Of a stretch of 64,000 nucleotides of DNA, positions 20,779 to 29,508 are shown in pieces. The stretch spans positions 1,771-65,770 of the forward strand of contig JBAXJI010000001.1 in NCBI GenBank assembly GCA_037137935.1, in the 5' to 3' direction. Within the stretch, counting starts at the first letter, position 1. Each line of letters begins with the position of its first letter. The notes beneath the pieces are model-generated. The model did not search any database and was not told the DNA's origin. It saw only the letters and a program-made list of their open reading frames with translations. Source of the stretch: Candidatus Saccharimonadota bacterium (GTDB lineage Bacteria > Patescibacteriota > Saccharimonadia > Saccharimonadales > AQU-01). The translations under genes and the position numbers were made by a program.

Positions 20779-21696
20779 CTATCGACTTTTGTTCAATAGT
20801 GTTGTCACAATATCAACAGCTTGACTGGGGTCAGTCAGCCATTGAATACTAGAGTTGCGCTTAAACCAAGTGCGTTGTTTTTTGGCGAGGCCGATTGTCG
20901 CTAAAATGATACGATCTTTGGTCTGCTGTAGACTTTGGTCGCCCGCAAAGTAATCTTCAAACTCACGATAACCTACTCCCTTCATAGCTTCAACACGCCA
21001 ATTGTTGTGATCAGCTAGCTGGCGCACTTCCTGCTCCAACCCGTGACTAAACATACTCTCAACCCGTGATTTTATGCGCTCTTTTAGTAAATCTATAGGT
21101 GTTGTGAGGCCGATTATTTTGGTGTTCGCCCTAAGTTCGTGACGAGCTGGAACTTGGCCAGATGTTTCGATCGTTCGACTTAAATGACGAGGATTGCGTA
21201 GATTATTAGGCATTTGTAGGCCCTTTGATTTAATTTCCGCCTGGAGCTCTTCAACCGTCATACTAGTCAAACGCTCACGCTCAGCAGAATCAACCGACGG
21301 CATAAACTGATAATCATAAATCACCGCGTCAATATATAACCCACTGCCGCCTACCAATATTGGCAATTTACCACGCGCCGTAATGTCGGTAATTGCCTGA
21401 TCTGCCAGGCTCTTAAAGTCCGCTACATTAAATAACTGCCCGGGCTCAACCACATCCAATCCATAATGCTTAATCTTGGTCTGGTCTGCGCGACTAGGTT
21501 TTGCAGTGCCGATATCCATGCCCTTATATGCCGTTCGCGAATCAGCACAAATAATCTCACCATTAAACTGCTCAGCCAACTCCATAGCTAGCGCCGACTT
21601 GCCCGAGGCGGTCTCGCCAACTATCACTAGTAATGGAGAACCACTCAACTCATTTATTTGATCGGTTACTGGCAAATCTTCAGCTATCATCATCAC
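20779..21696 (-). CDS. miaA: tRNA dimethylallyltransferase
   Basis: P-loop GETASGKSALAMELA. Overall MiaA architecture. 305 aa. Confidence 0.9.
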   Translation of the reverse strand: MMMIAEDLPVTDQINELSGSPLLVIVGETASGKSALAMELAEQFNGEIICADSRTAYKGMDIGTAKPSRADQTKIKHYGLDVVEPGQLFNVADFKSLADQAITDITARGKLPILVGGSGLYIDAVIYDYQFMPSVDSAERERLTSMTVEELQAEIKSKGLQMPNNLRNPRHLSRTIETSGQVPARHELRANTKIIGLTTPIDLLKERIKSRVESMFSHGLEQEVRQLADHNNWRVEAMKGVGYREFEDYFAGDQSLQQTKDRIILATIGLAKKQRTWFKRNSSIQWLTDPSQAVDIVTTLLNKSR

Positions 21697-21700
21697 CTAT

Positions 21701-23548
21701 CTAGAACGAGGTTTTACTGACTCGAGATTTTGCTTCGTTGGCAACGGTATTCAAAAACTCTTCAATAGTTACTGCTTTGTGTTCTGGTTGGACTTCGAGG
21801 TCTTTACGAATTCTTGGCATTAAATCGTTACCAGCCATTTCCTTCTCACCTATAACTACCGTATATGGAACCTTCATGAGCTCAGCAGCCCGGATTTTTT
21901 TACCGACTGACTCATTACTATTGTCTACCTCGGCTCGAACTCCGAGCTCGACAGCCCGGTCAAGCATCTTCTGGGCAAAAGCCAAAGTCGCATCCTCTTG
22001 ATTAACCGTAATTAGTCTCACCTGCTCAGGCGCCAACCAAACTGGAAATTTCCCAGCTAAATGTTCAATTAGTATTCCTATAAAACGCTCTAGTGAGCCA
22101 TAAATTACCCTATGGATCGTTATGGGCGTCTTTTCGCTACCATCCTGTGCGGCATACTTCAGCCCAAAACGTAACGGCTGCTGGAAATCAAGCTGAATCG
22201 TGCCCATCTGCCACGGCCTGTTTAGGCAGTCCTTCATTACGATATCGATCTTGGGTCCATAAAACGCCCCATCCCCTTCTTCGACAGCGTATTCCTTACC
22301 GCTCTCTTCAAGTATTTCTTTCAGTGTCTGCTCAGCACTGTCCCATAGACTCTCATCCCCCATATATTTATCCGGTCTAGTGCCCAAACGAAACGAATAC
22401 TCAATGTTGAAGATGGAATAAAACAGTTCCGTTATCTCAAAGATGCGCTTATATTCGTCTTTAATTTGTTCCTCCGATACGAAAACATGTGCGTCATCTT
22501 GCCGGAACTCACGAACACGGAATAACCCATTAAGAGTCCCTGACATTTCATACCTATGTAGCGTATCCGTATCTGATAATCGTAGCGGTAAGTCACGGTA
22601 CGAGCGAGTTGTATATTTAAAAACAACCATGGCATTCGGGCAATTCATCGGCTTAACGCCGTAGCTCTCTTCATCACTTTCGATAGTGAACATATCTTCC
22701 CAATAGTGATCATAATGTCCTGAGGTTTGATAAAGTTCTTTTTTGTTAATCAGTGGTGAGACTATCTCTTGGTAGCCCCTTACTCTATGCTCTTCGCGCC
22801 AAAAACGGATAAGCTCATTGTACAAAACTACCCCATTGGGCAGCCAATAAGGCATCCCTGGTGCTGTATCATGGAAAAAGAACAGATCCAGCTCCTGCCC
22901 TAATTTACGGTGATCACGCTTCTTAGCTTCTTCCAGCATTTCAAGGTGTATTCTTAGTTCTTTTTCGGTATTAAAGGCTACGCCATAGAGCCGCTGCATT
23001 TGGGCGTTTTTCTCGTCGCCGCGCCAGTAAGCCCCAGAAACGCGCATTAGCCGAAAGGCGCCAACTTTACCAGTCGACTCGACATGCGGGCCTCTGCATA
23101 GGTCTGTGAAGTCACCATTGCTATAAAACGATACGCTTCCAACCTCTGCTATGCCTGAGCTAGCCCCAACTGTACCAGCTGGCAATCCCATCATAGCCTT
23201 AGTCAGCTCGTTCGCCTTAGTTGTACCCTCACGCTTTAAATCATTAAGTAATTCGACTTTATAAGGTTGATTAGCTTGCTTGGCCCAGTCAATTGCCTCA
23301 TCTATTGGCTTTTCACTTCTTTCAAATGTTTGATTGTCGGCAATAACCTTGCGCATTTCAGCGTCAATTTTTGGTAAATCGTCTTCTGATATCTTGATAT
23401 CACCAAGATCAATATCGTAATAAAAGCCATTATCAACAACTGGACCAACGCCAAATTTAGCTTCCGGCCAGATATGCTGAACAGCTGTAGCGGTAATATG
23501 CGCCAACGAATGTCGCATAGCTTCTAGATTATCAATTTTGTCGGACAT
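21701..23548 (-). CDS. thrS: Threonyl-tRNA synthetase
   Basis: 615 aa. HSLAHITATAV... editing domain. Class II motifs FRLMRVSGAYWRGDE... and a C-terminal anticodon-binding domain. Confidence 0.9.
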   Translation of the reverse strand: MSDKIDNLEAMRHSLAHITATAVQHIWPEAKFGVGPVVDNGFYYDIDLGDIKISEDDLPKIDAEMRKVIADNQTFERSEKPIDEAIDWAKQANQPYKVELLNDLKREGTTKANELTKAMMGLPAGTVGASSGIAEVGSVSFYSNGDFTDLCRGPHVESTGKVGAFRLMRVSGAYWRGDEKNAQMQRLYGVAFNTEKELRIHLEMLEEAKKRDHRKLGQELDLFFFHDTAPGMPYWLPNGVVLYNELIRFWREEHRVRGYQEIVSPLINKKELYQTSGHYDHYWEDMFTIESDEESYGVKPMNCPNAMVVFKYTTRSYRDLPLRLSDTDTLHRYEMSGTLNGLFRVREFRQDDAHVFVSEEQIKDEYKRIFEITELFYSIFNIEYSFRLGTRPDKYMGDESLWDSAEQTLKEILEESGKEYAVEEGDGAFYGPKIDIVMKDCLNRPWQMGTIQLDFQQPLRFGLKYAAQDGSEKTPITIHRVIYGSLERFIGILIEHLAGKFPVWLAPEQVRLITVNQEDATLAFAQKMLDRAVELGVRAEVDNSNESVGKKIRAAELMKVPYTVVIGEKEMAGNDLMPRIRKDLEVQPEHKAVTIEEFLNTVANEAKSRVSKTSF

Positions 23549-23809
23549 TTGGCTCTCCTGACTTAGGGCTTAATAAATAAAAATCGCGCCATCGGAAGAT
23601 GTTAATAGCTAACTATCTTCTTAATGCGCGTCTCGGTCCCGCTATTTGCAGGAGGTTCCACCGGACATTTTACTCATAAGACCGTGTTATCGCACACCGT
23701 CATCTCTATGCGGAGCTCCGTAGTTGGTAGCTACTTCATCACTCTCTAACAGTTTAACACCCTATCAACCCCTAGCCTATACCTATCAGTACACACCCAT
23801 CTAGCGCAT

Positions 23810-23995
23810 CTAGAAGGGAGACTCTTACAGGGAGACTCCCTGCTAGATAGGCATTTGCAAGGTTGTCCTTTGCAAGGTGAAACCTTGCAACACTAGAAGG
23901 GAGACTCTTACAGGGAGACTCCCTGCTAGATAGTCCTTTGCAAGGTTGTCCTTTGCAAGGTGAAACCTTGCAACAAGGAGTCTCCCTGCTAGATA
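23810..23995. repeat. Tandem repeat of two about 83-bp units plus a partial third; members of a CCTTGCAAGG / CAGGGAGACTCCCTG palindrome family
   Basis: Units start at 23810 and 23893 (ctagaagggagactcttacagggagactccctgctagata...tttgcaaggttgtcctttgcaaggtgaaaccttgcaaca). Internal hairpins are ttgcaagg-tgaaa-ccttgcaa and cagggagactccctg. Confidence 0.7.
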
Positions 23996-24046
23996 AGATA
24001 CTTCTGACTCTGTTAAACGAATAGACAAATTGCTTATAAATAAAAA

Positions 24047-24100
24047 ACTGGTTGAAAGTTCTCGCAATTACTTTCAACCAGTTAGTTTTCGTTTACTACC
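24047..24100. terminator. 13-bp perfect hairpin with U/A tracts on both sides (bidirectional terminator-like)
   Basis: AACTGGTTGAAAG-ttctcgcaattac-TTTCAACCAGTT is preceded by AAATAAAAAA and followed by AGTTTTCGTTT. Confidence 0.45.
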
Positions 24101-24498
24101 CCTGTCTAGAGGGTGCAAAACACATCTGCAAAACTTCACCTTCAAATATCTTATCAGCATTAGTACTATAAGGCTAGTACAATTGTGTTGTTTTTTATGC
24201 ATTAAAGCCTGTGTATATTTTATATCATATATGGCAAACTGTATTATCCGGCCACGCTGCTTATGGTATATATTGGTTCCCTTTTGTTTTATTGTTCAGC
24301 ATCAAAATTGCGACAGTTTGTTCGCTTTTTTATACATTAACCTTGATGATAAGGGGTAAATCAGGTATATTTAATCTGTCCGAGAAATCGGGCGATTAGC
24401 TCATTTGGAGTGGCAAAGCCACAAAATCAAAATAGTGCGCATAGCGCTCGAGCCAAACGAATTAACAACCTGTTTTATAGCCCTTACCGGATTACCCC

Positions 24499-24575
24499 GG
24501 GCGATTAGCTCATTTGGCTAGAGCGCCACATTGACGTTGTGGAGGTGAAAGGTTCGAATCCTTTATCGCCCACCA
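24499..24575 (+). tRNA. tRNA-Val (anticodon GAC), CCA encoded
   Basis: Acceptor GGGCGAT/ATCGCCC. D-stem GCTC/GAGC. Anticodon stem CCACA/TGTGG with loop TTGACGT. T-arm AAAGG-TTCGAAT-CCTTT. 3' ACCA. Confidence 0.8.
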
Positions 24576-24595
24576 GATTAGATTTTCATATTTAT

Positions 24596-25336
24596 ATGCC
24601 CTCTATTGAACACGATTCATTTACTGCTACAACTGTTAATACTCATTATGGCCGCGCAATTGCTACCGCCGATGCCGCACGAGACTTTATTGGTAGCGAC
24701 ATTTTATTAATGCAAGAAGTTTTAGATATTGACGAAAAAACTATTGCCAGAAATTTAGGCAGCATTGGCCTGTCAATTGTCTCGATTAACCCAACTACTG
24801 GTCTAGCGATTGCTGTGTCGGAGCGTTTTAAGCCTACCGGTAGTCAACAATACAGTCTTAAACCACAGAGTAAACTAGCTGGCGTCACAAATGCAGTCGG
24901 CCTGAAGCCTAGGTTTCGTAAGCGCGGGGTGATAGTCGCTAGTCTTGAGACTGACGGCCAATCGCTGGCAGTCGCTACAGCATCGCCAATTGTGGCCGCT
25001 CGACCAATCAGTCGTAGCCAGCAAATTAATAAAATGTCAGATTTAATTGCTGAAAATTTTGCCTCAGGACCACTGATTCTCGGTGCTGATATGAACCACT
25101 ACCCAGCCCCTAATAAAGTCGACAAACAAATGGCCAATCGGTTGCAGCTCAAATATGTCGATAACACCGATCCAACTTATTTTTTGAATGGCACAAAACA
25201 CGCTTGGCTAAAACATTTAGGCCTACCGGATGGTCGACTCGACGCCCTACTTTATCGAAATTTAACAGAGATAAACAGCTCAACTAAAACCGTTAAATCA
25301 GATCACGACGCACTCAGTGGAACTTTCGAATTTTAA
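24596..25336 (+). CDS. Endonuclease/exonuclease/phosphatase (EEP) family protein
   Basis: Motifs LLMQEV, LILGADMNH and SDHDALSGTF match the EEP catalytic signature. The ORF-track start at 24539 overlaps the tRNA, so ATG at 24596 (MPSIEHD...) is preferred. Confidence 0.6.
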   Translation: MPSIEHDSFTATTVNTHYGRAIATADAARDFIGSDILLMQEVLDIDEKTIARNLGSIGLSIVSINPTTGLAIAVSERFKPTGSQQYSLKPQSKLAGVTNAVGLKPRFRKRGVIVASLETDGQSLAVATASPIVAARPISRSQQINKMSDLIAENFASGPLILGADMNHYPAPNKVDKQMANRLQLKYVDNTDPTYFLNGTKHAWLKHLGLPDGRLDALLYRNLTEINSSTKTVKSDHDALSGTFEF

Positions 25337-25374
25337 TAATTTAACGAGATGTTCTGGAACGCATAAGTCTTTCC

Positions 25375-26520
25375 CTAATTCGAACTACGCAGGTTGTTGT
25401 AGGTGTCGATAATAATTGGTTGACTATCACTACCTTCGCTACTAAAACTTAATTTTAAGAATATAGCACTGCAGTTGTCTTGGTTTAATAAAACATAGTT
25501 CGTACAGATAAAACTGACAATTTCTGACTTAACTCTCAGGTTACCGATCAGAGTCTGTTTGGTTTGTTTAGAAAAGATTTCTTTTGCAGAGTAATTTATA
25601 TTACCAATTCCGTAGGCCGTAACTAGTTTTATTGGCCAGATTGAGTCACTTCTAAATGATTCCAGACCAGAAGCTAAGCTTAACTCACCAGATACTATTT
25701 GCATACGAGCTTGTGAAAATGTCACATTAATTACTGGCTCTTCAGCATTATTAGTCACTGTAACCCCACTGCTCGCCTCGTATTCGCTAAACAACCGCGA
25801 GAATGGCTTGAGAGTTTTGGTTGGAGCTGTAGCCTGAAGGCTAGTGATTTTGATTGCGCAGTCCGTATAATACAATCCCATGATATTTTGATGACTAATT
25901 GGGTCCTGCTTCAAGTCAGTTTTTTTGGCATTGCAAAAATTTAAGGCTCTAACCTTAAAATAGTAGCCCTTATGATAGAAAGCGAACTGGCCAGAAATTG
26001 GTATGGTCTTAGATTGGTTAAACTTACTAATTAAATCCGGGTCGCTAAAAACTAAATCGAGGTGGTCTTTGGTGATGTCATCAAACTGAATAATAGTTTC
26101 GTCTGCTAGAGCATAACGCTCGCCACGGTTGACTACCAGCGTCCGCTCTTTACCAAGTGCCAACTTTTGTAACTCGGTATTTACTGTTGTGGTGCTAGTT
26201 TGTTGTGGAGAATTAGTTCCATTATTTATCGAGTCAATTTTTGAAATTATAGTAGAGAAGTTCACGCTTTTTAAGGAAAAATGAAAAATGTACGAACCCA
26301 AAATTATTAAAATAATAACCGCAGCCACAGTATTTACTTTAGCCTTAAAAGACCACCACTTATGTTTTATTTTTTGCTCGACGATTATTTGGCTAGATAT
26401 ATCAGGTTGCGAAACTGAATAAAGATTATCGGTTACGTTAGTAGGCTGACTGTCTAGTGGTGATATTTCATCTTCATCTTCATTTTGATAATCGGCCAAC
26501 GCTCTCGGTTGCTCGCTCAT
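25375..26520 (-). CDS. Hypothetical membrane-anchored protein
   Basis: 381 aa. A single TM helix near residue 60, then an extracytoplasmic domain. No motif recognised. Confidence 0.35.
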   Translation of the reverse strand: MSEQPRALADYQNEDEDEISPLDSQPTNVTDNLYSVSQPDISSQIIVEQKIKHKWWSFKAKVNTVAAVIILIILGSYIFHFSLKSVNFSTIISKIDSINNGTNSPQQTSTTTVNTELQKLALGKERTLVVNRGERYALADETIIQFDDITKDHLDLVFSDPDLISKFNQSKTIPISGQFAFYHKGYYFKVRALNFCNAKKTDLKQDPISHQNIMGLYYTDCAIKITSLQATAPTKTLKPFSRLFSEYEASSGVTVTNNAEEPVINVTFSQARMQIVSGELSLASGLESFRSDSIWPIKLVTAYGIGNINYSAKEIFSKQTKQTLIGNLRVKSEIVSFICTNYVLLNQDNCSAIFLKLSFSSEGSDSQPIIIDTYNNLRSSN

Positions 26521-26687
26521 AGTTCAAATTGTAGCATAACCACAAATCAGAAAATTCCTTGTCATACTGATCGATAGTATATATTCTTCACGATCCTACG
26601 TTAAGCAGCGCTTCATTAACGAAGAAACAAAATTGAGACCATGTGCCCTAGATTTCTGGACAATAACTCTTTCCGGGCTGAAAGATT

Positions 26688-27632
26688 TTATTTGATAATT
26701 TGATCTTTAATATAGATGTCGCTAATTATTTCGAGAACTTTTTCGCTATGGTTAGTATCAATTAGACCAATTAAGCTATAAATTAACCTAGCTTTTAGTA
26801 GCATCAATAGAGACGACTCAACCTCTGCTATCAATTTTGGCTGATTGATTTCGATAATAAGTTTCTTTAGGTACCCAGATCTAACTAGATTCAAGCCTTT
26901 TGTGTCAATATTTAACATTACTGTCATCACCATATCTTCCAAAAGATAGCTGTATCTATAGTCATCAAAATCCAGTAAATAAAGCTGACCAGAATCTGAA
27001 ACAATCATGTTTTGCAGCTTAATATCGCCATGTATATAGCCTTTTGTTAGTTTAGGTATAGCGTGACTCGATATCTTAACTTCCTGATATAGTTTATGAA
27101 TAACAGAGGCGATTTGATCATCTTGGTGGTTAGTCGATAATAAGTAGCGTTGATAGCGTTCTTCGGCGCGTGACACTATATCTAGCCCCTCCGTCATTGA
27201 TTCAACTTTAAAATATGAAGACATAGTAAAAATTTTACCTAAAACATCAGCCAACTTGGCAATTAAATTGTCGTCGAAAGTTGTAGGATTTGCCCCAGAA
27301 ATAAACCTCATTATCACCAAAAAACTAAAGTTATCTTCTTGAAGTGCAACATAGTATTGCCCTAGCCTGTTCTTAACAACATCTGGAACATATATCCCTT
27401 TCTGCATTTCTGTCATAAACTTGAGTTCATTTTTTATGGATGAGGCGTCACGAATACCTTTTGCAGAATGAGTTTTACCGTATAATCGCGCTACGAACGT
27501 TGTGTCAAAAGATTTAAAAAGATAATTCTTGTTTTCAGCCCCACCTTTCAACTCAACGAATGTCGCAACATCGGAATCTATGTCAAAACTTTTTAGGATG
27601 ATTTGTTTTAATTTATTCTTGTCCATTTGCAA
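26688..27632 (-). CDS. Phosphotransferase enzyme family protein (APH/choline-kinase-like kinase)
   Basis: HGDIKLQNMIV (Brenner HGDxxxxN motif) and LLDFDD (DFD) motifs. Confidence 0.6.
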   Translation of the reverse strand: MQMDKNKLKQIILKSFDIDSDVATFVELKGGAENKNYLFKSFDTTFVARLYGKTHSAKGIRDASSIKNELKFMTEMQKGIYVPDVVKNRLGQYYVALQEDNFSFLVIMRFISGANPTTFDDNLIAKLADVLGKIFTMSSYFKVESMTEGLDIVSRAEERYQRYLLSTNHQDDQIASVIHKLYQEVKISSHAIPKLTKGYIHGDIKLQNMIVSDSGQLYLLDFDDYRYSYLLEDMVMTVMLNIDTKGLNLVRSGYLKKLIIEINQPKLIAEVESSLLMLLKARLIYSLIGLIDTNHSEKVLEIISDIYIKDQIIK

Positions 27633-28725
27633 GCAAATTCCTTTTGTCTTCTGCGATTCTAGTTAGGTAACGTAAATTGTGGATTGAGGCTAGTGTACCG
27701 GCCAAAGGTTCGCCGACTTTGAATTGGTGACGCAGGAAGGCTTTTGAGAAGCCACTGGCGCAGGCATAACAGTCGCAACCAACTTGTATTGGCTCAGGAT
27801 CGTCTGTGTATTTAGCATTTGTTAGATGAATTTTCTCATCATTAGCTGTCCAAACTGTAGCGTGGCGAGCATTGCGGGTCGGCAAAACGCAGTCAGCCAT
27901 ATCGATACCATGTTCGTATGCAAAGCGAAGATCTGATGGAGTACCAACCCCAAGCAAGAAATGCGGCCTTTCAGGGTCATATAACGGTGCCAGAGCCTTG
28001 AGAACCTTAAACATCTCCTCTTGTGGCTCGCCGACCGATAAGCCACCAATGGCGATACCATCAACATCTGTTGCCTGGACCAGTTCTAGACTTCGCTTAC
28101 GTAGTTCTAGATCCAAACCACCTTGCACGACTCCAAATAATAGTGGACGTTCCTCGTCGCTCATTCCGTCCGTTAAACGCTTAAACTCAACAATGCACCT
28201 GTCTAGCCAGCGGTGCGTGCGCTCAAATGCATCCAATACATCACCAGGCTTAGCGTCGTCTAGGCCAATTAAGTGGTCAAAAGCCACAAACATATCTGAC
28301 CCCAGTTCAAACTGGATCTGCATCGATTTTTCAGGTGTAATTGTCCGAATTTCACCGCTGATGGGATGTTTAAAGGTTACACCTTCTTCAGTAACTTTAC
28401 TGTGCTTGCTAAGCGAAAAAACCTGAAAACCGCCAGAATCGGTCAAGATAGGACCTGTCCACTTGCCGAAACCATGTACCCCACCGAGGCTGTTAACAAC
28501 CGCTTCACCAGGCTGTAAATGCAAATGATAAGTGTTATTTAGGATAACTTGGATACCGGTCGAAGCCACCTGCTCCGGCGTCATTGACTTGACGGCACCA
28601 CGGGTCGCATCGGGCATAAAAGTCGGCGTCGCAAAGCTACCAGCCCGTGTATTAAATACACCAATACGGCCGTAAGCACTAGTTTTTTGATAAGCGAAGC
28701 GTTGATTAGATTTATCCACTGTCAT
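27613..28725 (-). CDS. tgt: Queuine tRNA-ribosyltransferase
   Basis: 370 aa. VATPTFMPDATRGAVK, LVQATDVDGIAIGGLSVGE and the Zn-binding CxCxxC...H region. Confidence 0.9.
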   Translation of the reverse strand: MTVDKSNQRFAYQKTSAYGRIGVFNTRAGSFATPTFMPDATRGAVKSMTPEQVASTGIQVILNNTYHLHLQPGEAVVNSLGGVHGFGKWTGPILTDSGGFQVFSLSKHSKVTEEGVTFKHPISGEIRTITPEKSMQIQFELGSDMFVAFDHLIGLDDAKPGDVLDAFERTHRWLDRCIVEFKRLTDGMSDEERPLLFGVVQGGLDLELRKRSLELVQATDVDGIAIGGLSVGEPQEEMFKVLKALAPLYDPERPHFLLGVGTPSDLRFAYEHGIDMADCVLPTRNARHATVWTANDEKIHLTNAKYTDDPEPIQVGCDCYACASGFSKAFLRHQFKVGEPLAGTLASIHNLRYLTRIAEDKRNLLANGQE

Positions 28726-29076
28726 GCCATATATTGTACACTAAAACAGATGTAAGCATTGACCTTTTGTTGTAAATATGTTAACATAAGCAGGTTAAAA
28801 GGGAGGCGCTCAAGTTTGAGTACCAATTCAAAACCGCTTGAAGGGTTTAAGCTTTTCTACGAAGAGCTCAAATCGGCCAAGCCAGCCAGTCGTATACGAC
28901 GCGTTCGTCCTGCTACGACCTCTGTCAAATAGAGTGACAGCAAGACGAATCTCTGCCCGACCATCAGTAATGTTGGTCGGGTTTTTCATTTAAGAAGAGG
29001 TATTTACGTGCAGTTATCCTCACAATCGTAAACTTATCCACTAGCATAATAAACAGCCATATGACAATATATAGTC

Positions 29077-29508
29077 ATGGTATGCATATATTGTCAGGCA
29101 GATACAAAAGTAGTTAATTCCCGTTTACAGAGGCGAGCTAACCAAGTTTGGCGTCGTCGTCAGTGCTTGGACTGCAAAAGTATCTTTTCTAGCATTGAGG
29201 CTGTCGATTTATCTTTAGCCCTGTCATTCCGTACGTCGCAAAATAGTACAGTTAAACACCCTGTTAATACAGCTCTAGAGCCCTTCCAGAGAGACGTACT
29301 ATTCACTAGCATCCTTGAGTCATGTAAACACCGTAAAACAGCTATAAGCGACGCTACGGCACTCACAAGCACTATTCTGAGTCGACTTAGACCCCATATG
29401 AAAGGCGCTGTCATTGACCGCGATCAACTAGTAACTACCGCACAACAAATATTGAAGCGCTTCGACAAAGCAGCCTCTGTTCACTACTCGGCTTATCACC
29501 GCCTATAA
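29077..29508 (+). CDS. nrdR: Transcriptional repressor NrdR (zinc ribbon + ATP-cone)
   Basis: N-terminal CIYCQADTKVVNSRLQRRANQVWRRRQCLDCKSIFSSIEAV matches the NrdR Zn-ribbon. About 143 aa. Confidence 0.7.
   Translation: MVCIYCQADTKVVNSRLQRRANQVWRRRQCLDCKSIFSSIEAVDLSLALSFRTSQNSTVKHPVNTALEPFQRDVLFTSILESCKHRKTAISDATALTSTILSRLRPHMKGAVIDRDQLVTTAQQILKRFDKAASVHYSAYHRL

Noticed and set aside
23772-24077. ORFs of 101 aa and 74 aa, and possible CRISPR, in the 83-bp tandem repeat region
   Set aside because: The ORFs are products of the repeats (repeated peptide blocks, no RBS). Only 2-3 repeat units with no unique spacers, so this is not a CRISPR array.
24539-24595. ORF-track start of the EEP-family gene overlapping tRNA-Val
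   Set aside because: A start at 24539 would read through the tRNA gene. The internal ATG at 24596 with the sensible N-terminus MPSIEHD is preferred.
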